NCBI GenBank assembly: GCA_965242725.1
Contig: CBDESZ010000029.1
Coordinates: forward strand, 1 to 19,722
Length of the DNA stretch: 19,722 bases
Source of the DNA: Alkalispirochaeta sp.
GTDB lineage: Bacteria > Spirochaetota > Spirochaetia > DSM-27196 > Alkalispirochaetaceae
Reading direction: 5' to 3'
The position numbers and the translations under genes were made by a program. The notes beneath the pieces were generated by a model. That model saw only the letters and a program-made list of their open reading frames with translations, was not told the origin of the DNA and searched no databases. Below, piece after piece: positions 1-9,449 of the stretch; position 1 is the stretch's first letter, and every line of letters begins with the position of its first letter.

Positions 1-17
1 ACGAGTAACACCCGTCC

Positions 18-1354
18 ATGGAAGGACGGATACCACCACACAATATCGATGCCGAGGTTGCCACCCTCGGCGCCGTGTTGCTTGATCCTCCGGCGTTGAC
101 GCGGGTCATTGACTACGTCCGCCCGGAGGATTTTTATCGTCAGGCCAACGGCCGAATATTTGAAGGAGTTCTCAAGCTCTGGGATCGAGGCGAAAGCATC
201 GACCTTATCACGCTGACAAACGAGCTGCAGTCGGAAGGGACAGCTCGAGCGGGCGGGGGGCGCCGCCTATATATCGTCGTTGACGACGTCGGTACCCACC
301 AGCGCAAACGTCGAGTACTACGCCCAGATCGTCAGGCAAACCAGCCTGCGCCGCCGTCTCATTTCCCTGGCGGGAGAGATTACGGAAAGCTGTTTTGACG
401 ATACCATTCCGACGCGACAGGTCATTGAAGAGGCGGAGCGCCGGATCTTTGAGCTTGCCGAGACCAATCAGACCAGGACGTTCCAGCCGGCAAAGGAAGT
501 GGTGAAGCGTACCGTCGCCGCCATCGAGAAACTCTATCACAATCAGGAAGACTACACGGGAATTCCCACCGGATTCCGCGCGCTGGACAACATGACCAGC
601 GGATTCCAGAACAGCGAGTTTATCGTTATCGGTGCACGTCCGTCGGTGGGAAAGACGGCCTTTGCCCTTTCCATGGCGGCCAATATATCGGTGGGGCACA
701 AGGTCCCCGTGGGATTTTTCACCCTTGAGATGAGCGACATGGCGCTTATGCAGCGTCTCGTCGCGTCGGAAGCACGGATCGGCAGTCAGATCATCCGGAC
801 CGGTATGTTGCGACCTTCGGATTTTGCCCAACCTGACCAATGCGGCGGGGCGGATTTACGAAGCGCCGTTGTGGATTTCCGATACTCCAGGCATGCGTCT
901 TCTCGACCTGCGTGCCCAGGCGCGCCGCATGGTGAGTCAGCACGGAGTGCGCATCCTCTTTGTGGACTATCTCACCCTTATTACCAATGAAAACACCGAG
1001 CTTCCCCGGCATGAACAGATCGCGGAGGTCTCGCGCTCACTGAAAGCACTCGCACGGGAGCTGGAGATACCCGTCGTCGCCCTCTCCCAGGTGAGCCGTG
1101 ACACCGAGGGAAAGCGGCCCATGCTGTCGAACATACGGGAATCGGGTAGTATAGAACAGGACGCGGACGTGGTGATATTTCTGCATCGCGACAGAAATCT
1201 CGATCAGGAATCAACGGAAAAAATGAACATCATCGAGACGGAATTGATCCTGGCGAAACAGCGGAACGGCCCCGTCGGGACGATCAAGATCGCCTTTGTG
1301 CCGCGATATACGAAGTTCGACAATCTCGCAGATGATATTGACCAAGGAGAATAG
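18..1354 (+). CDS. dnaB: Replicative DNA helicase DnaB, split over three frames by two +1 insertions (about 237-240 and 827-829), probably sequencing artefacts
   Basis: N-terminal PPHNIDAE..LGA.LL..., Walker A GARPSVGKT, FTLEMS, FVDYL, VALSQVSR, IRESGSIEQDADVV and AKQRNGP. Removing one base at 237-240 and one C at 827-829 gives a continuous 444-aa ORF (..SEGQLERAGGAAYISSLT.. and ..PSDFANLTNAAGRIY..). Confidence 0.96.
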
Positions 1355-1356
1355 CT

Positions 1357-1644
1357 ATGAAACTGGAGTCGATGTATAACTTTGATGATCTGACCAATGA
1401 AGCGGAGCGACTCGTCATCGAGGAGCTGGAGCTGCAGCTTGAAAAGCGGGGAGACAACACCAATCTGTCGGAAGAGCTGCTCCTCGATATGGCGGCCTAC
1501 GCCCTCAACCATGTAAAACCGCTCTACCACGTCAATCTGGTCGGCCGGCTGTACGCCCATTCAATGCGGGAAGAGCACGCCGAAGAGGTTCGCCGGGCCG
1601 TAGCGGAAGCGATTTCTAAAATCGCCGGCGGCGAGGAAGCGTAA
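1357..1644 (+). CDS. ComFB-family (late competence development) protein, stand-alone, 95 aa
   Basis: N-x-x-E-x-L-V ... D-M-A-A-Y-A-L-N-x-x-x-P-x-Y motif and terminal 'AV..AI..I' helix typical of ComFB. AAGGAG SD upstream, 2 nt after the dnaB stop. Confidence 0.8.
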   Translation: MKLESMYNFDDLTNEAERLVIEELELQLEKRGDNTNLSEELLLDMAAYALNHVKPLYHVNLVGRLYAHSMREEHAEEVRRAVAEAISKIAGGEEA

Positions 1645-1661
1645 TACCGCCGTCGCACCCT

Positions 1662-3875
1662 CTACGATGAGGGTGCGGGTTCTCCACTGAAGGGATCAAA
1701 TCGGGGGCGCCGATCTTCAGAATCGTCCCGTCCTGAATCAAATCGATGGCCCGGTGAGGCGGGATCGCTTCCGCCGGGTCGGGTTGGTGTTGCCCGGAGC
1801 GGCTCCTGGGCCGGAATGTTAATACGCAGTGACTCTACGTCCCTTTCAACGTCGTTGACGCTCAGGTACCGCAAAGAGGCGAGGTAGTCCCGGGACACCA
1901 CATAGGTCCCGTCGGGCCGCAGGGCGATCCACGATCCCAGACCACTCCCGGCTATTGCGTAGATATCAAGAATGGGTTCACCGGCGAACCGGTCGTAAAT
2001 CGACACGGTTCCGTCGCGGTTCAGCGTGTACAGATAGTTTCCGTTCAGTGCGATCCGATAGGGGATATGGGCGGGATTTCGTCGTACCTCCGACGTGTTT
2101 GTCCCGTCCCAGCGCAGAATTCCGCCGCGATCATCGAGGGTCGTATATGCATTACCGGTGACCGGATCAATCACGAGCATCGCTTCAAGGTATTCGCCGT
2201 CGATCTCGATAATACGGCGGCGGCGCTGAAAGGATGCGCCCTCAAAGACCTCCACCACCGTGGAAAGTGCGCCGGACTGATCGGTGTACACCCCGATGGT
2301 AAAGAGCCGTCCCCGGCGTTCGTCATAGTCAATAAAGAAGACAAGGTCCGTGGAGGTGTCAAGCGGGACCGTTTCGCTCGTACGCGTGTCGACGCGCAGC
2401 ACCGACGAGTTGAAAATGCCCCCCGCGGCGGTTCCGATGAATACGCCTCTGCTCGTGAGAGACGCCGTCTGTATGCTTCTGCCCCGATAGGAAAAAGTCT
2501 CCTCGCCGGTCACGGCGTCCTGAATGGTGACCCGGCCGGAACGGTCGCGAAACAGTACGGAACCGTCATGAATGTCGACTCCCGTCAGGCTGTCCGGGGG
2601 GTTCAGGGGAGAGGGAACGACCGACACGGTGTCGGGATGAAATTCCCGGAGCGTCAGATTTCGTTGTTCCGGGAGCCAGATCAAGTGAAGCCAGTCGCCG
2701 TCGGAAATGAATCGCCCCGCGGTAGACGCGTCAATACGGGTAAACCTCCCGCCGGCGTAGCGTGTCGATTCGATGGGGATTTCGGGATTGAAGAAATCGC
2801 TCCGTATCGAGACGACCTGGTCCGTGCCGAGGAGGTGGAGCGTATCCTGTTGAAGGAGAAAATCATTCACCGGCTCCACAACCTGCCGGTTCATGATCGT
2901 CGGACGTACTTCGAAAGGGAGCCACCGGAGGAAACGTCCCGAGTCGTCTCCGGCAAAGATGTCCCTGCCGTGAATGTAGTATGCCGTGATTCCCGGCGGT
3001 ATTTCCCGCCGGGTGGTAAACCTGCGCTGCAGCGATCCTCCGGAGAACCGGTAACGTCGTATCAACGGTTCACCGAGAATATCACGGGAGACGACGACGA
3101 TATCGCCGTCGGCCCGGTCGGTCTGTATCACCTCGATTTCTCCTGCCGCCGTTTCCGCAACCACCTCTCCCGAGAGGAGATCGAGGACGCCGAGGGTTCC
3201 GTTGGATAGCCTGCCGGCGGCAAATCGGGTCGTGGTAAGCAGGGAAAGGTGAGACAGATCGGGTTGCGCGGAAAAGCGCCCGGCCTCGCTTCCGGTGACG
3301 ATGTTGCGATACACGATTGCGCCGTTACCCGGTGCGTAGGTCATGACCCGTTCTTCACTCCTGGCAATGACGAACCACGAGACGATGCCCGTATTCTGCC
3401 GGAGAAAGGGGAGCTGTCGCCCGCTGCGTCCGTCGAGGATCTGCACACTTCTCAGGCGGGGAACAGAATAGACCAGATACGTTCCCTGGGATGAGACGTC
3501 CATGTGAAGGACTTCATCCTGGGGGGTATGGAGAAACAGTCGTTCACCGGTTCGCCAGTCCCAGACGGTAATATGATGGCGCTCGCCGTTGGAAGAGTAT
3601 ACGGCGACCCTTCTGTCGTCTGAAAACGGAACGAGTTTTTCTATCGGCAGGACGTCGGCATGTATGGACTGAAGGAGTCGGTCCGTTTCCGGATCCCAGA
3701 CCATCACCTTGCCGTCCTGACCGCCGGTGAACACGCGTTCACCGCCGTTAAGTCCCGCCACGTCGTGAACGCTCTCGATATGTCCCGTCCGTACCGTCAC
3801 CAGCTCCTGCGCGGAGAGGAGGGACAACGGCAGGAGCAGAATGAGTGCCGTTACGGCGATCCTATTCATAGTCAT
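1662..3875 (-). CDS. Secreted/periplasmic WD40/YVTN-type beta-propeller protein (737 aa)
   Basis: Sec signal peptide (MNRIAVTALILLLPLSLLSA/QE), WD40 blade GHIESVHDV...FTGGQDGKVMVWD, ITVWDW, YTLNRDGTVSIYD. Lies 6 nt downstream of the rseP stop. Alternative ATG at 3869. Confidence 0.8.
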   Translation of the reverse strand: MTMNRIAVTALILLLPLSLLSAQELVTVRTGHIESVHDVAGLNGGERVFTGGQDGKVMVWDPETDRLLQSIHADVLPIEKLVPFSDDRRVAVYSSNGERHHITVWDWRTGERLFLHTPQDEVLHMDVSSQGTYLVYSVPRLRSVQILDGRSGRQLPFLRQNTGIVSWFVIARSEERVMTYAPGNGAIVYRNIVTGSEAGRFSAQPDLSHLSLLTTTRFAAGRLSNGTLGVLDLLSGEVVAETAAGEIEVIQTDRADGDIVVVSRDILGEPLIRRYRFSGGSLQRRFTTRREIPPGITAYYIHGRDIFAGDDSGRFLRWLPFEVRPTIMNRQVVEPVNDFLLQQDTLHLLGTDQVVSIRSDFFNPEIPIESTRYAGGRFTRIDASTAGRFISDGDWLHLIWLPEQRNLTLREFHPDTVSVVPSPLNPPDSLTGVDIHDGSVLFRDRSGRVTIQDAVTGEETFSYRGRSIQTASLTSRGVFIGTAAGGIFNSSVLRVDTRTSETVPLDTSTDLVFFIDYDERRGRLFTIGVYTDQSGALSTVVEVFEGASFQRRRRIIEIDGEYLEAMLVIDPVTGNAYTTLDDRGGILRWDGTNTSEVRRNPAHIPYRIALNGNYLYTLNRDGTVSIYDRFAGEPILDIYAIAGSGLGSWIALRPDGTYVVSRDYLASLRYLSVNDVERDVESLRINIPAQEPLRATPTRPGGSDPASPGHRFDSGRDDSEDRRPRFDPFSGEPAPSS

Positions 3876-3881
3876 GAAATT

Positions 3882-5234
3882 TCACCCCCGGGCAAAGAAG
3901 AGTATGTCGTTAAAAAGCGCAAAAAACATCAACGCGACGATAATAACGTTGCCGATCAACTGGTAGTGATACACGAATCTTGGATGCAGAGGACGGCGGG
4001 TCACCATTTCCGAGAGGGACAATACGATCTGTCCCCCGTCGAGAACCGGTATCGGCAGGAGGTTCATGAAAAAGAGGGTGACACTGATAAGGCTCAGGAA
4101 GTTGAAAAACGAGAGCAACGCCCGTCCGACGCCGCCTTCCAGTCCGACCGTCGCAACCTCTCCTACCATGTAGGTGATGCGTACGGGACCCATGAGCGCC
4201 TGATTGAGATCAACACCACGGAAGAGTAATCCGATGCCCCGGAGGGTGAGCCTCAGCGTTTCAATCGCTTCAGAGACGCCCTCTATCATACCGCCGACAA
4301 GACCGAACTCCGGTGAGGATACGGTGATTGTCCGGTACCGTATGCCGAGATATGCGTTGCCGTCGGCGTTATAGTCGGGTACCACCGGGATGCGCAGCCG
4401 TTCGCCTTCGCGTTCGATCGTCAGTTGAATCGAAGAGGTATGTTCCGTGTTGAGGGCGGTTTCCACGCCGATTGAATGCATGACCTCCTGTCCGTCAACC
4501 GCCACGATTCGGTCGCCCGGTTTGAGACCCGCCAGTTTCGCCGGGGTATCCGGTGCGACCTCCCCGATGACGGGCTCTACCCAGGGGTACACCCCGATCT
4601 GACCCGCTCCCGTCGCCGTGTCCAGATGAGGCTTCAGGGTCGTTTCAAAGCTTGTCCCGTTCCTTCGTACCACCAATCGCAGAGACTCCTGGGCGGATTG
4701 TCCCACCATTCTCTGAATGTCACGAAACGAGACGACCTCTTCACCGTTTATTGCGGTAATGTAGTCACCGGTGGCAAGATTGGCCTCCGCCGCGGCGGTA
4801 CCGGACATACCGTATTCCTCTGCAAGGATGATGCGGTTGGGAAAGGTCTGTATCGAGTAGCCGACAATGGCGATCGCCGCCAGAACCACCACTGCAAAGA
4901 GAAAGTTCACCGCGGGTCCCGCGATGAGGACGAAAATCCGTTGAAGCGGCGTGGCGGCGTAAAAATCTCCCGGCTCCACATCGATTCGGGAACTCCTCGT
5001 CTGCCACGCCCGCAGCAGGGCGTGTTCGCCCTGCATTTTGCAGTATCCGCCGATGGGCAGCCAGCTGATGCGGTATTCCGTGCCCTTTCGGGTCGTACTC
5101 CATATTTTCCTGCCCCAGCCGACGCTGAAGGCTTCCACAGTGATTCCTACTGATTTGGCTGCCAGAAGGTGACCCAGCTCGTGCAGGAATACGACGAGAC
5201 CGAGACCCAGCAGACCGATGAGAACGTTGATCAT
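3882..5234 (-). CDS. rseP: RIP metalloprotease RseP (site-2 protease, two PDZ domains)
   Basis: HELGH zinc motif, PIGGYC, AGPAVN, two PDZ-like segments (ANLATGDYITAING, AGLKPGDRIVAVDG), NLLPIPVLDGG. Confidence 0.96.
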   Translation of the reverse strand: MINVLIGLLGLGLVVFLHELGHLLAAKSVGITVEAFSVGWGRKIWSTTRKGTEYRISWLPIGGYCKMQGEHALLRAWQTRSSRIDVEPGDFYAATPLQRIFVLIAGPAVNFLFAVVVLAAIAIVGYSIQTFPNRIILAEEYGMSGTAAAEANLATGDYITAINGEEVVSFRDIQRMVGQSAQESLRLVVRRNGTSFETTLKPHLDTATGAGQIGVYPWVEPVIGEVAPDTPAKLAGLKPGDRIVAVDGQEVMHSIGVETALNTEHTSSIQLTIEREGERLRIPVVPDYNADGNAYLGIRYRTITVSSPEFGLVGGMIEGVSEAIETLRLTLRGIGLLFRGVDLNQALMGPVRITYMVGEVATVGLEGGVGRALLSFFNFLSLISVTLFFMNLLPIPVLDGGQIVLSLSEMVTRRPLHPRFVYHYQLIGNVIIVALMFFALFNDILFFARG

Positions 5235-5246
5235 ATGGAGAGGCTC

Positions 5247-6143
5247 CTAGAGTCCAAAGATAAGCACATAACCGTAATAAAAGAATGGCGCCGCAAAGAG
5301 GGGAGAGTCAATTGAATCGAGAAGTCCTCCCCGACCCGGGATGAGTTGGCCCGAATCCTTTACCGTTGCGGCGCGTTTAAATGCGGATTCGACGAGGTCT
5401 CCCAGGATGCTGCTCACGCCGATGATGGCGCCGAAGAGAATCTGCCGGAAAAGTCCGCCGGTAAAGAGGTCAGGATAGAGAAATCCGGCAGAGATGATGA
5501 CGATGGGACTGGCACAGAAGCCGCCGATAAAACCGGCAATAGACTTGTTGGGGCTCACCGCGACGGGCGGCGGTGCGTCGGCCCGTCGCGTAAGGGGGCC
5601 CAGGAGTCTGCCGACGAGCCACGCGAGGCTGTCATTCAAATAGACCGCGAGGATAAAGACGATAATCATCACCGAGGGCGATGGAAGGTCGACAATACGC
5701 GTCACGTGCCACGCAAATAACCCCGGATAGATGAGCAGAAATATGTGACTGCTCACGACGTTGATGATTTCAAATATTTCCCGCTCTTTCCGTTTCATCA
5801 CCTGTACGGCCATGATGACGGCGATCATGAGCGTCAGGGTAATGAGCATCAGGTTGGCGGGGTGCAACTGGGTATTGAGATTCTCCGGCGGAATGTGAAT
5901 GGACAGATACCCCACAAAGGGGATGACTGCACCGAGGGCGGGAATGACGGCACCCTTTCCGGCGTAGTCACGGGTCTGGGGTGGAAAAAAAAACGCCGCC
6001 TCGTAGGCGGCCAGAGCCGACGCCACGATAACGATCAGACCGAAAAAGGGGAGACCCTGCCCGGGGAAGGCGAGTGCCGACAGAGCGAGCAGGGGAATAC
6101 CAAGAAAGAACACAAGAAGTCGAAGCACGGTATTGCGTGTCAT
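5247..6143 (-). CDS. cdsA: Phosphatidate cytidylyltransferase
   Basis: Polytopic membrane protein with SPNKS..G and GDLVESAFKR...KDSGQLIPGRGGLLDSIDS signature. ATGA overlap with the uppS stop. Confidence 0.95.
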   Translation of the reverse strand: MTRNTVLRLLVFFLGIPLLALSALAFPGQGLPFFGLIVIVASALAAYEAAFFFPPQTRDYAGKGAVIPALGAVIPFVGYLSIHIPPENLNTQLHPANLMLITLTLMIAVIMAVQVMKRKEREIFEIINVVSSHIFLLIYPGLFAWHVTRIVDLPSPSVMIIVFILAVYLNDSLAWLVGRLLGPLTRRADAPPPVAVSPNKSIAGFIGGFCASPIVIISAGFLYPDLFTGGLFRQILFGAIIGVSSILGDLVESAFKRAATVKDSGQLIPGRGGLLDSIDSPLFAAPFFYYGYVLIFGL

Positions 6144-6847
6144 CGCATACCTCCGTAGTTGCGTTTGCGCGCCTGAAAGTCCGCGATAGCAGCCTGAAGT
6201 TCATTGCTGCCCCAGTCGGGCCATAGCCGGTCGCTGAAATACAACTCCGCGTAGGCACACTCCCAGAGCATGAAATTGCTGATCCGCTTTTCTCCCCCCG
6301 TACGAATTATCAAATCCGGATCGGGAAAGGAGGGATGGTCAAGATGGTTCTGAATGATCTCCTCGTCGCACACCATTTCCCGGTCGTCCCGGACGGTGAG
6401 CCACCGGTTTACGGCGCGGGCGATCTCATTGCGGCCGCCGTAATTGACGGCGAGGTTGACGGTAATGGCATCAAAGTCGGCGGTCTCCGATGTGACCGTG
6501 TTGATCTCTTTCTGTACCGCTTTGGGAAGAGCGGCCATGTCACCGCTGTGACAGACGCGGACGCGATTATCCCGATAGAAGTCGTACTGGTTGCGCAAAT
6601 TCCGGGCGACAAGGCCCATGATGAAAGAGACCTCCTCCTTTGCGCGACGCCAGTTTTCCGTTGAAAATGCATAGAGCGACACGACCGCAACACCCTGGTG
6701 TATCGCTTCAAGGACGACGCGTTTAGCCGCCTCCACGCCTTCCCTGTGTCCCCGGGTGCGACGAAGCCCGCGGCTTGTCGCCCATCGGCCGTTGCCGTCC
6801 ATGATGATGCCGATGTGTTGCGGTACCGGAGGAGTAGAACTCGCCAT
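6140..6847 (-). CDS. uppS: Undecaprenyl diphosphate synthase (cis-prenyltransferase)
   Basis: HIGIIMDGNGRWA, YAFSTENWRR, NYGGRNEI, PDLIIRTGGEKRISNF, C-terminal RNYGG. TGATG overlap with frr. Confidence 0.97.
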   Translation of the reverse strand: MASSTPPVPQHIGIIMDGNGRWATSRGLRRTRGHREGVEAAKRVVLEAIHQGVAVVSLYAFSTENWRRAKEEVSFIMGLVARNLRNQYDFYRDNRVRVCHSGDMAALPKAVQKEINTVTSETADFDAITVNLAVNYGGRNEIARAVNRWLTVRDDREMVCDEEIIQNHLDHPSFPDPDLIIRTGGEKRISNFMLWECAYAELYFSDRLWPDWGSNELQAAIADFQARKRNYGGMR

Positions 6848-7401
6848 CAGATCTCCAATATCTCGGTCTCCTTGGCGGCGAGGATTTCGTTGATTTTTTC
6901 GACGTACTGATCGGTAAGCTTCTGTACGTTTTCTTCGCCCCGCTTTAGATCGTCCTCGCTGATTTCACCGTTCTTTTCGGCCTTTTTGAGATCGTCGTTC
7001 CCGTCGCGGCGAATGTTTCGGATGGCAATACGGCTCTGCTCAGCGATGTTTTTGGCGATCTTTACAATTTCTTTTCGACGCTCCTCGGTCAGGGGAGGAA
7101 TGTTGATCCGAATCACCTTGCCGTCGTTGCTTGGATTCAACGACAGCTCGGATGATTGGATCGCCTTTTCTATGGCACTGAGGAGCCCTTTGTCCCAGGG
7201 TTGGATGACCACGAGTCGCGACTCGGGAACGCTGACACTGGCGACCTGATTGAGGGGAGTGGGGTTTCCATAGTACTCCACCCTGATCTTGTCGAACATG
7301 GCGGCCGACGCGCGGCCGGTCCGGAGCGACGCGAGCTCCTCTTCCAGGGAGGCAACGCTCTTCTTCATTCGGTCTTCGGAGTCTTTCAAGATTGAATCCA
7401 T
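6847..7401 (-). CDS. frr: Ribosome recycling factor
   Basis: [43 protein letters not shown]. Confidence 0.98.
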   Translation of the reverse strand: MDSILKDSEDRMKKSVASLEEELASLRTGRASAAMFDKIRVEYYGNPTPLNQVASVSVPESRLVVIQPWDKGLLSAIEKAIQSSELSLNPSNDGKVIRINIPPLTEERRKEIVKIAKNIAEQSRIAIRNIRRDGNDDLKKAEKNGEISEDDLKRGEENVQKLTDQYVEKINEILAAKETEILEI

Positions 7402-7420
7402 GGGACACTCCTGTGTAGTA

Positions 7421-8266
7421 TTATATCTCTTCGCCGACGGCGTACACGATATACCCGGTAATCGAAAGTTCGGTACCTACGGAGTTTGCCACCTCCCTGG
7501 TCACCGCTGAGACACTTTTTTTCTCGTCCTTTACGAATCCCTGGTCGGTGAAACAGATTTCCGCAAAATGTTTCTTCAGTTTCCCCTGAACAATTCCCTG
7601 GAGCACCTTTTCCGGTTTTCCAAGGTTTTCCGCCTGTTTCAGGAAGATCTCTTCCTGTTCCTTCTTATAGCCGTCGTCCACTTTGTCCGCCGAGAGGTAG
7701 AGGGGACGGAAGGCCACGACATGCAGAGCGAGATCAAAGGCAAAGTCCTGCACTTCCGGTTTCTCCAGAGCTGCCGCATCGGCGGCCTGTACCTTGACGA
7801 TTCCGCCCATGCGTCCCGAGTCTCCGTGAATATAGCTTGAGAAGATCTCGGAACTCCCTTTTTCAAGTATGGCGAAACGGCGGATGCTCATGTTTTCCTT
7901 GATCGTGGAAATCGCGTCCTGCACCTTGGCGTTCAGCGATTCGTCTGCTTCACTGAGACCACGGGAGAGAACGTCGGCGACAATCTCGTTTCCAAGAGCG
8001 ACAAAGGTTTCGTTCCGGGCGACAAAGTCCGTTTCACACGCCATTTCAAGAATTGCAGCCTTGTTGCCGTCAATTGCGACGAAGACGCGTCCCTCGTTTG
8101 TAGCGCGCCCGCTGCGTTTTGCCGCGGCGGCTTTGCCCAGTTCTTTCAGGATGCGCTCCGCTTTGGCGAAGTCTCCATCCGCCTCCTGGAGAGCTTTTTT
8201 ACAGTCCATCATTCCCGCTCCGGTCTTCTCCCGAAGCTTTTTTACGTCAGCGGCAGTAATAGCCAT
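7421..8266 (-). CDS. tsf: Elongation factor Ts
   Basis: [36 protein letters not shown]. Confidence 0.98.
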   Translation of the reverse strand: MAITAADVKKLREKTGAGMMDCKKALQEADGDFAKAERILKELGKAAAAKRSGRATNEGRVFVAIDGNKAAILEMACETDFVARNETFVALGNEIVADVLSRGLSEADESLNAKVQDAISTIKENMSIRRFAILEKGSSEIFSSYIHGDSGRMGGIVKVQAADAAALEKPEVQDFAFDLALHVVAFRPLYLSADKVDDGYKKEQEEIFLKQAENLGKPEKVLQGIVQGKLKKHFAEICFTDQGFVKDEKKSVSAVTREVANSVGTELSITGYIVYAVGEEI

Positions 8267-8280
8267 TAGTTCCTCCTAAA

Positions 8281-8312
8281 GGACGGCGGCGGATCGTACC
8301 GGCCGCCGGTCC
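8281..8312 (-). terminator. GC-rich hairpin between rpsB and tsf (candidate weak attenuator or processing site)
   Basis: Minus strand GGACCGGCGGCCGG-TACGAT-CCGCCGCCGTCC, followed by only TTT and then the tsf SD. Confidence 0.5.
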
Positions 8313-8337
8313 GTAAACATCATGTGTATGCGGTGCG

Positions 8338-9312
8338 TCAGTCCTGATACAGGGTCTCTTCGTCCAGACCCGCTTCCTTTGCGACGGCTTCTTCCGGCGT
8401 CGTTTCGTCTTTGGGAAGCTCCGGATCCTGACCCGGTTCATAGTCGGAGTAGTCTTCAGCGGTATAGCTGTCGTCGCCTTCCTCGTCTTCCTTACCGACG
8501 GTGGCACCGAGCTTTACCGTTTCGACTTCTTCCTCGTCGTCTTCAAGCTCTTCTTCCCGACCTTCCGTCGCGCCGCTGTAATCTCCCTCTTCTTCATCAT
8601 CCTGAAGGTTTTCGATTACTTCCAGACCGATTTCATTGTCCGCCTCGATAACGGCCTTTGAGATAATCTGGGTAAAGAGGGTGATCGCCCTGATGGCGTC
8701 GTCGTTTCCGGGTATGGGATAGTCGATACCGGTGGGATCACAGTTGGTGTCCACAACGGCAATAATCGGGATGCCCATTCGACGTGCTTCGGCGATGGCG
8801 ATCGCTTCCTTGCGGGTGTCGATAATGAAAATCGCCCCGGGAAGTTCCTTCATTTCCTTGATACCGCCGAGATTTTTCTCCAGACGCTGCCGTTCTTTCA
8901 TAAGTCTGGAAACTTCTTTTTTTGTAAGGCTTTCAAAGGTGCCGTCCACTTCCATCTTCTCAAGCTTCTTGAGACGTTGGAGAGACTTCTTGATCGTTGA
9001 AAAGTTGGTCAACATTCCGCCAAGCCAGCGGTTATTGACGTAGTGCATTCCGCAGGAGAGTGCTTCTTTTTCAATCGCCTGCTGTGCCTGCTTTTTTGTA
9101 CCCACAAACAGCACCGATTTCCCCTGGATAACGGTGTTGCGAACGAGTTCGTATGCGTCCTTGATCGCCACGATCGTCTTCTGCAAATCGATGATGTGAA
9201 TACCGTTTCGTTCCGCAAAGATGAAGCGTTTCATCCGCGGATCCCACCGCTTGGTTTGATGTCCAAAATGCACACCTGACTCAAGCAGGTTTTTCATCGT
9301 AACTACTGCCAC
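8338..9312 (-). CDS. rpsB: 30S ribosomal protein S2 with long acidic C-terminal extension
   Basis: [49 protein letters not shown] start with AAGGAGGAG SD. Confidence 0.98.
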   Translation of the reverse strand: MAVVTMKNLLESGVHFGHQTKRWDPRMKRFIFAERNGIHIIDLQKTIVAIKDAYELVRNTVIQGKSVLFVGTKKQAQQAIEKEALSCGMHYVNNRWLGGMLTNFSTIKKSLQRLKKLEKMEVDGTFESLTKKEVSRLMKERQRLEKNLGGIKEMKELPGAIFIIDTRKEAIAIAEARRMGIPIIAVVDTNCDPTGIDYPIPGNDDAIRAITLFTQIISKAVIEADNEIGLEVIENLQDDEEEGDYSGATEGREEELEDDEEEVETVKLGATVGKEDEEGDDSYTAEDYSDYEPGQDPELPKDETTPEEAVAKEAGLDEETLYQD

Positions 9313-9326
9313 GATTGCTCCTCCTT

Positions 9327-9377
9327 GTGAGCGCTGAGCTCACCCCTTCGCTTTTGTCTCGTCTGTTCTAGGAACAG
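9327..9377 (-). promoter_or_regulatory. Structured rpsB 5' leader (candidate S2 autoregulatory element)
   Basis: Two 6-bp hairpins on the minus strand: CTGTTC-CTA-GAACAG (9363-9377) and GTGAGC-TCAGC-GCTCAC (9327-9343), the second directly 5' of the SD. Confidence 0.4.
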
Positions 9378-9449
9378 CGGAAATTTTCTTTCGACGTGAA
9401 CTATGTCCTTTTCGTGAAAGGTAATAGTATTGTATCGGTAGATACGAAT

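Noticed and set aside
18..1354. Intein or programmed frameshifting in dnaB
   Set aside because: Corrected length is a normal 444 aa, and there are no slippery heptamers at the shift sites.
2067..3209. Long shadow ORFs (2067-3209 +, 9595-10536 +, 13990-14895 -, 11817-12587 -, 16891-17607 -, 18933-19700 -)
   Set aside because: Antisense to well-supported genes, no motifs, expected in high-GC DNA.
5985..5993. A9/T9 tract in cdsA as a phase-variation site
   Set aside because: In frame (FFF) in an essential gene, with no sign of switching.
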